64,000 nt of DNA from positions 4,836,001-4,900,000 of the forward strand of contig CM030333.1 of the NCBI GenBank assembly GCA_017654855.1, written 5' to 3'. This document shows, piece after piece, positions 24,259 to 35,210 of the stretch. Origin of the DNA: Podospora anserina. Its lineage: Eukaryota. Both the position numbers and the translations under genes were made by a program. Positions within the stretch are counted from its first letter, which is position 1. Each line of letters opens with the position of its first letter. Below the pieces are notes generated by a model that was not told the DNA's origin, searched no databases, and worked only from the letters and a program-made list of their open reading frames with translations.

Positions 24259-26301
24259 CTACTCCCTAATTGTCTCGGCCGTCCCAACAGCTTGCTCATC
24301 CTTCTTCACAAACGCGCTCGTTGCCCATCCCATCCAGCTGTTCCTCTTGTTCGCCCTCTCGGCCGCTGCTTGAGCCTCGGCATTCTCCTGCACGAGCCTC
24401 AACGGCCTGGGCTTGTTGCCCCCAAACGTCGTCTTCTCCTTCTCGTGCTGGCTTCTGGGAGGGGAGCTATGGCTGGAGACGAAATCCCGTTCGAGAATCG
24501 AGTCCCCGCTCGTGCTGCTTGTTTCGCTTCGCATGCCCGGGAAGTTGCCCGCCGAAGCTGGAGGGGCACCGGTCGTGGAGTGGGCGCTTTGAGGGCCGTT
24601 GCCGCTGGTGCTGCCGCTCATGCTGGAGCGGTTGCCTGCTCCCTGGGGCGCCCAGAAGGTCTGGGAGGATCGGAGGGATGGGGAAAGCGGGCCGTCAACG
24701 GCGGAAGGGCCCTTGTACATGGCGTTTACGAGCGAGGCGGCGCCGACAGAGGTGTACTGATCGCTCATGGGCCTAGCACGGCGAGTCGAGGTGTTACGGG
24801 TCAGGCCGATGGGGATGCTGGGCGCCGTTTCCGGGTTGGAGACGTCGGCGCTGGCCGAGGGCATGAAGCTCATGGGGCGGGGCTTGGGGCGGACGCCGCC
24901 GCCGATGCTCATCGTCTTGGCGCGCTGGAGGAGGGACGGTCCAGGTGGAGGGGCCGCCTGCTTGGGGGTGGGGGGCGGGGGGAGTTCCTTGTTGGTGTTT
25001 GCGTTTGCGTTGCCCTTGAAATCGCTGCTCTGGTCGAGGATGTGCTCGAATCCTTGGTGCTGCAACAGACGCTCAATGATCTTGTTGATGTAAAGAGTCA
25101 GAGCCTTATTTTGGTCTTTAACCGACTTGATCTCCGCCTCTAGGCGCCTCTGAGCCTCGAGCTCCTGTTCGTTTGGGGGGTCGCTTTCGGCAGCGCCGTT
25201 GAGCTCATCGGCCAAGCTGGCTCCGTTGGATCTGCCTTCCAGGGCAGCGAGAGCGTCTTGGTTCGCCGAGGCGTGACCGAGATAGCTGAAATCGTTCGTT
25301 CCAAAGTCGCCCTTGAGAGTCCGGTCTTGGAGAAGCAGCTGGTAACTTTCGTTGTCTTCCATCAACCTAGCGTTGGCCACACGGGCCTCCATGAGCTGGC
25401 GCTCAACTTCCTGAAGACGGCCACCGCCCTGGTTTTGCGACTCGACAAGCTTGATCTGTGCCTCGGCCAACTCGAGTCTGAGAGATTCAATCAGCTTGTC
25501 CTTTTGCAGCAACAACTTGGAGTTGTTGCGTGAATCGCTGCGGTGGATGGACGAAGGGGGCGCAAAGCTTCCATTTTCGATGCTGGGCGAGTTGGTCACG
25601 GCTGTGTTTGGGTATCAGTATATTTTCCACGCGCAAACCAGACCACAAAAACACTCACATTGCCGCGTCGGCCTGTCCTCGTCCAGGTTCCTCTGCGCGA
25701 GGCTGTCTTTGAGGCGCTGAATCACGGTCTGCATCTCCTCCTCGCGGTTGGCCATCTCCTCCTTCTCCTTCATCATGCCACTCCGCTCAGCCTCGTAGAT
25801 GTTCTCCATCTCGCGCATCTGGCGGGCAGTCTCGCGCTTCTCATTGGTGAGTGTCTCGATCTGCTCTTCTTGTTCGTGAACCCTCTCCTCAAGCTTCGCC
25901 TGCTCCCTGTGCGCCTCGTCCAGCTTGTCCTGAAGGATCTCGACCTGACGCTTGGTTGACTCGGCCGAGCTCTCGGCCCTCTCCAGTCGCGTCTTCAAGT
26001 CGTCGATGATGGCCACGGTCTCGGCGCGGATGGCCTCATCACGCTCGGCGTCGGCTGGGCTACCGCTCCTGCCATTGCTAGAGATGCCGTTGAGAAGGGA
26101 CTGGCGCCTTTCGTGGGCGGCCGCACGTGCGGAGACAGGTGTCCCGGTGCGTGAAGGACGGGCGCTGCGTGTTGCGGCGGCGGGTGTGGTGCCAGACGTG
26201 CTGGAGGTGGTAGGAGTTGATGATCTCGCACTCGGGCGCTGCGGAGTTCCAGTGGGTGTCTCGCGACCAGTCGCCGGAGGCTTCTTGACGACGGCAGCCA
26301 T
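24259..26301 (-). CDS. Coiled-coil protein of unknown function, 2 exons (intron 25602-25658)
   Basis: Two long ORFs (228 and 446 aa) join through a 57-nt GTGAGT..CTGAT..CAG intron. The protein has extended heptad coiled coils and a low-complexity C-terminal half ending RPLRL...KRNSWMGW. Confidence 0.88.
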
Positions 26302-27999
26302 GGCGGGTAGGTTGGTTTTATGAAATGTAGTATAGGTTCCTTTGTTGCGGTGAGTCTAGCGATACTCTGCCACTACTATGCAAAAAAGAAAGAACCCAAG
26401 ATGCAGAGCGAAAAGGTCGGGTAACGAGCGCAAAGTCGATAGGCTGAAAGAGGGGCTCGAAGACTCTTTTTGGGGCGGTGAAGAGGAAGAGAAACTCGAC
26501 GTTTCACCTCCAGTTCGGACGTTATGTTTGTGAAGGGGGGGGACGACCCCGGACAACAGCTGAGGGAGGATATTTGCCGACCCACTTGCCTTGTCGGGCG
26601 TTCTGGCGCTGTTATTAGTGGCGTTTGGGGGACCCTTGGTCACTGGGCTTCTTGACTCTCTAGCGACTTATTCTGAGCTGGTTGACTCTTTTCAAGGCTT
26701 TCTGCTGGATATCGTAGTCTCGATCAAGGTTTGACAACAGGTTGTGCTTGTTTGCGCTGGCAGCCTCGACAGGTCGAGTGATAGGAATGGATTTGTTGGC
26801 TGGGACCTGCCTGGACTGGTTGCTGGGATCTCTCAGAGCATGCCGACCTCCGAGGCAGTTCGTCTGTTGCTAGGTATACATATGCACCTCGGCCACGAGA
26901 CCAAAGCGCTAACTATTCAAGCCCTCAAGTGATGTGACTTGCAGGAGGCAAGTCATAATAAGCAGGTGTGTGTGGGAGAGCTACTAGCAGTAAGGTCGCA
27001 CGCCGGCCTCTTGATGGGATTCCACCCAAAGAGCTGTCTTCATCTTCTTTGTCGACTTGGGAACACGAGCACAAATACACCACCAGCCTTAACAAGACAA
27101 GAGACCCGGGAAGCAATTACGGCTTTAAAACCTTGTTTATCATGCACCGACAGCGGTCTCACCTCTTCCATGTTCGCTGCGAGGTAAAGTGGTCGGGGAC
27201 TCGCTGAATTGAGCAACCCGCCCCGCGTTAGCTGTTCATGCAGCGATTGCCTGGTCTCTTGATCCTCGTCCGCCGTTATGAGTCCGGGGCACGTGGAGAA
27301 TGGAGAACCATAATGAGCAAACCAACAACTCAAGCGCCCTGAAACAATGGGTAGCTCATCGACAGTCTCATTAATCCTCTAAGTGTCCTTTACCTGTGTA
27401 TTTGCCTCCTTACGTGGTCATGAACATCGGCCGTGGCCAACAAAGGAAGCAGGCTTCAGATTCCGCCCTCGGGTTCCACATCATGTTTTAATTAAAACAA
27501 TTCGACCTTTCAATGCGCTCTCTCCATACCTACCGCGCATAGGGAGCTGTCAGTGGTCGATCTGGCATGGATCTTCCCTTTCGATCCCGATAACCCGAAG
27601 GGTGTCGACCGGATGCTTATGCCAGCTGTGAGGTGTCTTCCTACCACCTGGTCTAACGTAGCTCAACATCTGGGTTGTTGGCTTACACTGGGAGGCAAAC
27701 CATGGAGGATTCCAACTGATAAATCGAGAACACCGACTTTGTTCAGAGGCAACGCAGCGAAGCTGATTTAGTCACCACGACTGGGCAACACTAATCAATA
27801 AAACAAAGAGATGGCAACGAGAGGTCATGTATTACGACTATCTATTGGAGCCATCAATCCAGGGCAAGCCCTGACCAACCATGGCCATCAAAATCACTTT
27901 TTGAGCCGAGCAGAGCCCGGTGTGTGACTTGCCGGAGTTGAGAACCCGAACGCCGTGCCAAATGCCAACTCTTTTCCCTGTCTTTTTCAGGTTGACTCT

Positions 28000-28590
28000 T
28001 TAGGCAGTCTGGTCAGCCAGAATGTCGGAGTCACCAGCGTCGAGGATGGCCATGGTGGAGCACTTGAAGAGCTTGCCAAGAGCGGTACCAAGCTCAATCT
28101 GTAAGGGAGGGAGGTTCGTTAGCACTTGATCTTGTACCCTCCAAAGCCTATAGCAGACTTCTTCTCTGGGTGGACCGTTTGACAACGTGGTGTCTTCACG
28201 GCCAAGAACAAACATCCAGGATTGATGCCCGGTGTTTTTTCTGGTTGCAGAGTCTACGGGACTGTCGGGATTCAACTTACGTTGGTGCCGTTGTAGTGGT
28301 GGACTGAGGTCTTGCTCATCATGGAGTAGTACTCGAGCTCAGACTTGCGGAGAGGAGGGGTGTTGGCAGCGATGAGGATCAACTTGGCCTTGCCGGTGCG
28401 GAGGGCCTTGAGGGTCGATCTGTATCCAAGGACGACCTTGCCTGTAAACCGCCACCGTTAGTGATTTTTTCGCCATCAAAATTGAGGCTCTCACGAGCAG
28501 CTCAGCGGCCACAAACGTACCGGACTTCATAACAAGGGCCAGCTTGGCGCCGATGGACTGAGCGTCCGACTTAGACTTCTTGGGGGCCAT
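28000..28590 (-). CDS. RPL30: 60S ribosomal protein L30 (eL30), 3 exons
   Basis: [65 protein letters not shown]...[30 protein letters not shown]. Introns at 28442-28520 and 28099-28280. Confidence 0.98.
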
Positions 28591-28963
28591 TGCGACGGTT
28601 GGGGATGGTTTGACAGAGATAGAAGTTGGCCTCGAAGGTTGGTGTTGTCCTTGTCTTTGGCAGGAAGCGTCGTCGGGTTGCAGAAAAAGTCCAAGTGAAG
28701 TTTTCCAGAAAGTTTGGAAATCTCCAAATCCCAAGCAAACGTGGGTCGGCTCTGATTGGCTGCGTACAGTGGGTCGGATTTTCCTTGTGCCCTAACAGCC
28801 CCACTTTTACGTGATCAGCTCAGCCGGCAGGAAAATGAGCCCGCGATTGGTAATCGAAGGCGAATTTGAATGTGGTCAAAATACAGAGGCTTCCCACTTG
28901 TCCCTCTCGCACCCCAACACCCAGCGACACCCACACCCAGCGACATCGCGAAAATCAGTCAAG
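28591..28963. promoter_or_regulatory. Short bidirectional promoter shared by RPL30 and RPL10
   Basis: 373 nt separate the divergent ATGs. The interval contains a CCAAT box (CTCTGATTGGCT, 28750-28761), GCCCTAA (28789-28795) and a GTGGGTCGG direct repeat (28741, 28769). Confidence 0.75.
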
Positions 28964-29939
28964 ATGGCCCGCCGTCCCGCCAGATGCTACCGGTACTGCA
29001 AGAACAAGGTAAGCTTGCGATAATTTGAGATGTTGAAGTTTTGAACCTTTGGAAGGAGTCGGTCGGCATTTTCGTTTCGGGATTTGTGGGCGGAAAAATG
29101 GACGATGGACCATGGGCATGACGGAGGACCGAGCAGAAAGAGGAGGATTCACGACAACGAAGGACACCGACGACAACAATGGCGACAATAACAACGACAA
29201 CAACAACGGGGTTCTGACTGTATTGTGCTCGTCTTTGAACAAGATGCTGACCTCATTTTTTTGATAGCCGTACCCTAAGTCGCGCTTCAACCGCGGTGTC
29301 CCCGACCCCAAGATTCGCATCTTCGATCTTGGCCGCAAGCGTGCCACCGTCGATGACTTCCCTCTCTGCATCCACCTCGTTTCCAACGAGTTGGAACAGC
29401 TGAGCTCTGAGGCCCTTGAAGCCGCCCGTATTTGCGCCAACAAGTACCTCGTCAAGCTTGCCGGCAAGGAAGGTTTCCACCTCCGTGTCCGTGCCCACCC
29501 CTACCATGTCGTCCGTATCAACAAGATGTTGTCCTGCGCCGGTGCCGATAGACTTCAGACTGGTATGCGTGGTGCCTGGGGTAAGCCCAACGGCACTGTC
29601 GCCCGTGTCAACATTGGCCAGATCATCTTGAGCGTTCGCACCCGTGACTCTAGTAAGTTTTTCCGGACCATGTTCTGCAACCACCGCGGATGCTAACCGC
29701 TGTCTTCAGACCGTGCTATCGCTCTCGAGGCTCTCCGCCGCTCCCAGTACAAGTTCCCCGGTCGCCAAAAGATCATTATCTCCAAGAACTGGGGCTTCAC
29801 CCCCCTCCGCCGCGACGAGTACCTCGAGGCCAAGGCCGCCGGCCGCGTCAAGGTCGATGGTGCTTATGTTCAGTTCTTGTCCAACAAGGGCAACCTCGCT
29901 CAGAACATGAAGCGCTTCCCTGATGCCTTCACTGCCTAA
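28964..29939 (+). CDS. RPL10: 60S ribosomal protein L10 (uL16), 3 exons
   Basis: [37 protein letters not shown]...[25 protein letters not shown]...|[21 protein letters not shown]. Confidence 0.98.
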
Positions 29940-31827
29940 AGTGGTGCTGGTGACGGGGTCGTTGGGGAAAAGAATGGTTATTTGGCTTGAGGGTGGCGCA
30001 ACGGGTCATTTTTAGGGCAGAGACGAAGGCATGTTTTTAGTAAAGGCCGTGCCTTGACAGTCAATGGAACCATTCAGCCATGAATGTTCAGCAAGGATTT
30101 GTGCATTGTACCCTCTTGTGAGACCCGGACCGTTGAGAATTGGTACGGGATCCCTAATGACAGTGATTCAAAAAGCGTACAATCAAAACTTTCCACTGAA
30201 CATCCATGAGTGAATCCATATATGTAGCAGCTGCTGTTATTCTGTAATAACACAGGGTGCCCGGCAAGATGCTGATGTCCCACATCACAACAGCCTGGGA
30301 CTGTGGCAACACGAAAATTCAAGATGAGGACGACTCTAAGTGCAGCGACACCGCCTGGAACGGACATAGGACCTCATGAATATACGACCGCTGCTGCTAA
30401 ATAATGACTGCGATGCGCATGACATCATCCGTATCGTTTATTAGCACGAATGATGACAGAAGTCTCGGCTTGGAGACAGGAGGGGGGAATCCACCAAGAT
30501 CTCTTCGGCGTCTCCTCCTCTATGTACATACGGCCATCCTATTTTGCGCTATGAGCCTGGAGAAGGCCAAGCAGAACAAGCCCTGCTTCGAGTGTAGTGT
30601 AATTCATGATCAAACGAGATCCGGTCCCGGCTTTGCTTGTTGTTGGTCTTCTTGATATCGACAGACAGTGGCTAACACCCCCGCCATACGTTGGTCACTT
30701 GTTATCGCTTAGTGAGCTTTTTTGTGACATTGGATCGGCTACCAGTTCTAATCAGCCCAATCATCTGACTGGTCATCGCCGGTTTCTTCGGCTAACACTT
30801 CCTTGGGCTGTCATCCTCGTGGCAGCTGTTATTTAATCGTTTCAAAAGCTCGATCTTGGAACTTGAGGTTGGAGGTGGGGCTTATCGGATCCGTCCGACT
30901 CGATAACGTCAGGCCAAGGCCAATCAAGCTGTCACGCAACTAAAAAATCTGTGGAGTGTTGGATGGGGTCTTTTGAACGCGCAAAGGGGAGCACTTGCAG
31001 ACCGGACGGGACCCCGTTGCCACGAGAGACACACGCAGGATGAAAATATCATCAAACGCGAATGTTGTTCGATATTGCCGCAACAGGCGAGAAAAAGGCC
31101 AACGTTGATATTTGAAAAAGCAGCGTTTAACTCGTCCAAGGTGGGGTAAAAAACGGACAGGGTCTCCCGCTCATCAAAAGATCTTATCCTCGTGAGCTGT
31201 CTGATAGCATCCCGTGCTGCGGGCTCTGTGCTCAGTTCACATCTCGCAGCTTGCAGGCCGCCCCCCATTCTTCCCGATCGCCCCTCGCCCAGCCCGCCGC
31301 AACCTCTCCAGTCTGCTTTCCGTCATCCTTTGTACCTGCACATATCTCGTCAGAACCGGGCATTGTCAAGATTTGCAGCCGACTCTCAGTTGCCATATTC
31401 CAGGCAAGGCGGGTTACACGACGCCGCCGTCAGCAAGTCAGCGGCCATACTCACCGTTCCATCGCCATCACCTCATCGATAGATATCGCAAATCGCTGTT
31501 GAAACCCATCAGGGTGTGGTTGCTGAGAGACCTGGACCCCCAACCTAACCCCCTCACCGCTTCCTACCAGTAAAAGCACGCGACTTTGCATCTCTTCCTC
31601 TCAACAAACCACCCAAGACCATTCGCTTTAGTCACGGCTCGCCTCCCGACCACCGGAGTGGTCCTTTGCGAAGCGCCCTTCCTTTTTGGGGACCCCCGCG
31701 ATAAACAACCTGTCACCTTTAGGGGTCTTCTTGCCCAGCCCCCTGTTGCCCAACACCATCAACCTCCATCCATCTCAGCGCTGTCGCTGTTGTGCTGTGT
31801 GTTCACAGTCGTCTTTCGCTGTTCAAA

Positions 31828-33618
31828 ATGGCATTCCACCAGCCTACGCGACAAGTTCAACAACCGCGGATTGCCCGTGCCGAGTCTGAAGATGGGGGTT
31901 CTGCCATCCTCTCACCCCAGGCTCGCTTGGACACCAATGAACCCCATACATGGGTTTTGTTTACACCAGGTACTGATGCCGGAACCACAACTTCCTACCT
32001 GAGCTCTGTCCAAGATGATCAAATTACGCCCGGGAGATCCAGAATCAGCGATTTGGGAAGTCTTGACACCGCAGCGCGCTCCGACTTCAACTCGCAACCG
32101 AGCAACTCCGTAGTGCCATCTGTGGCTCTTGTAAACAGCATCGCAGAAGATGACGCCGAGCTTGACAGCCTCGACAGCCACCTCCCAGACTTCAGGACAG
32201 CGCATAGTCCATATCATCAGCCAGACATCATCCATTCGACGCACATCTTCCCTGGTCACGATGGCCTGGGTTCGTTCCGATTCGAAGTGCCCGGTAATAG
32301 CGTACAGGCTCAGGAGCGCATGTATGCTTTTGAACAGTTCAACCCAAATCGCGTCATGCACAGGAGGGAGAGCTTTGACTTGGCTCGCCTTCAGCTGGAG
32401 AGTCAAGAGCCAAAAGAGGCGGAGCGAAATCAGAGAATAGAGGCGTGGCGGTTAGAACAGAGTCAGCTTTTGTTGGAGGATATCAAAAAGGAAACAAAGA
32501 GGCGGAGGAGACAGTCAGAGCTGTCGGCACAGAGGGCTCGGTTGGAGAAGGGCGTCTTAGAAGATGTGATCGCAAGGAGCGTTGCCGACGAGGAAGCCGA
32601 AGATATCAATCTTGCCGGTACAGAATGGCACGACCAGGATGAAGCATCAACGGACACCTCGAAGGGAGGATTGTGGAGTCGACTCACGCGCAAGGTAATC
32701 TGCGACATGATGGGCATTGATGACAAACTGCTCGCCATTCTATTTGGGGAGGTGCTTCCGGATGAGAACGATATGAAAACTCCCAGGGGGTCTCCCAAGG
32801 ACTCAGCTCACCCCGCATTTGCGAACAAGGAATCAGAGTCACGCGACGACTCGACATGGCAACTACACATGCTGGAACGGATTGCAAATGAGCTTGGCGG
32901 AATTGTCCATCAGATGTCGACACATCCTGGGGCCTTTTCCACTTACAGTCGTGTTCAACAGACGCCCCTTCCATACGCCGGGTTGCCCATGATACCAGAA
33001 GCGCCAGACAGCATTCAAAGGATGAACAGCAGCGCCGCTTCCATGCCGCAATTCAAGCCCACCATTGGACAATCGGCAGATGCTGGCGTTGCGCAGCCAT
33101 TGAATGCCATCCCGTCCACGTCCTCAGACGCTACCCCTGATGTGGCCACCAGCAACGGCCAGACTTTTACGCAACAGGAGTGGGAGCAAGATCTTGATAT
33201 CCGCCTCGTTTTCCGCTACCTACGGTCACGATTTACCTCGTCTCGCCCATCATCTCCTCCGTTCACATCGGGAACATCGCATTTAGCCACCTCGAGCACC
33301 CAAGAGTTAGCGGCCAAGGCAGCCCGGATTCGACAGCACCATCCACTGGTATCCCACGCACATGCGAATTCACACGGCCACCACCGGCCCCGTCCGGCGG
33401 AGCGACGCAGTTTCAGATCAACAACGCCGGCTAATCCCGTCACAATGAGACATGGTCCCGGTAGCTGTGCAAGCCAGAGCACGAGGCGATCTGCGAGGAG
33501 GAGTAGCATGTCTTCGAGGCAATCATCTCGGCATTTTTGGGACATTGGGGGCTCCATTGGGACTGGTAGTATCATTGCTAGCGCCGGGCCTATTATGGGA
33601 AGTTGGGGCGAGGTCTAA
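31828..33618 (+). CDS. Uncharacterised protein, about 596 aa, intronless
   Basis: Long ORF with a good start context (CAAAATGG). It is mostly disordered, with short helical or aromatic blocks (RIEAWRLEQS, WSRLTRKVICDMMGID, HPGAFSTY, WEQDLDIRLVFRYL, SWGEV*). No family recognised. Confidence 0.85.
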   Translation: MAFHQPTRQVQQPRIARAESEDGGSAILSPQARLDTNEPHTWVLFTPGTDAGTTTSYLSSVQDDQITPGRSRISDLGSLDTAARSDFNSQPSNSVVPSVALVNSIAEDDAELDSLDSHLPDFRTAHSPYHQPDIIHSTHIFPGHDGLGSFRFEVPGNSVQAQERMYAFEQFNPNRVMHRRESFDLARLQLESQEPKEAERNQRIEAWRLEQSQLLLEDIKKETKRRRRQSELSAQRARLEKGVLEDVIARSVADEEAEDINLAGTEWHDQDEASTDTSKGGLWSRLTRKVICDMMGIDDKLLAILFGEVLPDENDMKTPRGSPKDSAHPAFANKESESRDDSTWQLHMLERIANELGGIVHQMSTHPGAFSTYSRVQQTPLPYAGLPMIPEAPDSIQRMNSSAASMPQFKPTIGQSADAGVAQPLNAIPSTSSDATPDVATSNGQTFTQQEWEQDLDIRLVFRYLRSRFTSSRPSSPPFTSGTSHLATSSTQELAAKAARIRQHHPLVSHAHANSHGHHRPRPAERRSFRSTTPANPVTMRHGPGSCASQSTRRSARRSSMSSRQSSRHFWDIGGSIGTGSIIASAGPIMGSWGEV

Positions 33619-34576
33619 ATGTATGGTCAACGTCTGGTTGGGGACGCATTTTCGGCGCACATCTCTGTTTCCTTTTTCTTCTCGGTATTTAGACCCTAGA
33701 AGGTCATATTTGGACATCATGTTGCAAGAAGCGGTCAATATATTCCTATCATAATGGAGCACACAACGGAAGCAGGGCGTATTGGTTACCGGGGGAGCAT
33801 TCGTCACCCACCACTCATGAGCCAGAATAAGTTAGACATTTCGATGGTTTGAAATCCCAACAATTTTTTTTCATTCATGGATACAACTCCTCAGCCTCAA
33901 TCGTCGCCCTGCGTTTCCAATGGATAAACATGAGCGGCAAGTTAGCATTCATATAACGGCGATGCGAGTGTAAGCCTCGTTAATCAGATGTGAACGACCG
34001 GGTGACTGCCGAGCACAAGCTTTTGATCCACCGACGACATGGTACGTCCCATTCGCCGGAGAGATCAAGAGACCACTTGGGGTGGCTGGGCTGCAGGGCA
34101 CCGAGAATCTGAGAGGGTGAGAAAAGAGGAGAAGCTCTCACAGAGGTACCAACCGCCCATTGCGACGCGGTCAACTGAGACAGGGATGCTAAGTGGTTTC
34201 TAACCAATGGTTGAGCTCCAGCATCGCGACAGGTCGAAGCGAGCAAGGGGCCAGCAGCCAATTCGAGGACGGTCCGCTATGGATCTACACCCCTCGACGC
34301 GTTTGTTCATAATGAGCATCCAATCGCCTCTTTTCTGCTTGTTTATCAACGCTGCAGCGAGGCACAACAAACGGGTCAAAAGTGGATCGAAACGGTATTC
34401 ACGTTGAAAAGGGTTGCATGGTATGCATTGCCGAGTCATCTGGCAGTGCTGGCTATCGCAGGTCGACAGGGATGGAGCGAAATCGTGTGTTCCTGGGCTT
34501 CACCTCCTTCCTGGATGTGTTCGTGCTCCCCCACCCCGCCTTGCACCTTGCCCGATTCTCTGACCTGAACCTGAGT

Positions 34577-34618
34577 TTGCGACCTGCGACCTGCAACTTG
34601 CGTTTTGCGACTTGCGAC
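34577..34618 (+). repeat. Six tandem YTGCRAC heptamers
   Basis: ttgcgac ctgcgac ctgcaac ttgcgtt ttgcgac ttgcgac. Confidence 0.8.
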
Positions 34619-35210
34619 ATCGTGGTCCCAAGCTTCCCCAGTGCTGCCTACAACGCCTCACGTTTTTTTTCTTTGCTTCGCCTTTGCTACCTGCCTGTTC
34701 GTGCACTGCGCGCGCCTTTTGGTCGGATCACCTTTTCACAGTTAAACTTCGAGAATCACTATCCGTACCTATATTAAATACCAGTTGGTTGCCGTTTGCT
34801 AGCCCGTCTTCTTCCCCACCTCACCTTGTCGCCATGTCTGTGTAGTCTTGTCGCATTGTCGCAAAGCTGCGCAAGCACCCTGTGGCGTCTGAGGATGCCA
34901 ATACGCCTGCTTGGGAAGCTGAGCTGCGGCGCCTGAAGCTATCCATCTCCCTCAGACAAGCTGACCAGGAACAGTATCATGTACTAAGCCCGCCGTGTCC
35001 TCGTCAAGTCGCGACCCAGCTTAGTCCTGGCGTTGGGTCGCACCGGAAACTTGCCCGACTTCTCGTCCTCTCCTGCAATCTACACTCTGCAACCTGCAAT
35101 CTCGCCCATTTCCTTTCCCTCAGGAAGCCATCCGACCCAACTTGTTCCACCACCCAAAACTAACCGTGTGGAGGGTCAATCGCATTGGGAGATGATCTCC
35201 CGAGGCCCCA

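Noticed and set aside
24270..25143. Long antisense or alternative-frame ORFs over real genes (e.g. 24292-25143, 49468-50103, 22346-22921, 47247-47930)
   Set aside because: Shadow ORFs produced by GC-rich codon bias, with no independent protein features.
26935..26955. TGACTTGC-AGGAG-GCAAGTCA hairpin
   Set aside because: An 8-bp stem is expected by chance in 64 kb, and there is no supporting context.
28442..28540. Possible L30 autoregulatory kink-turn at the RPL30 first 5' splice site, as in yeast
   Set aside because: I could not build two flanking helices around tandem G-A pairs from this sequence.
30526..30537. ACATACGGCCAT resembling the 5' end of a dispersed fungal 5S rRNA gene
   Set aside because: Similarity stops after about 12 nt, with no internal control boxes or matching 3' stem.
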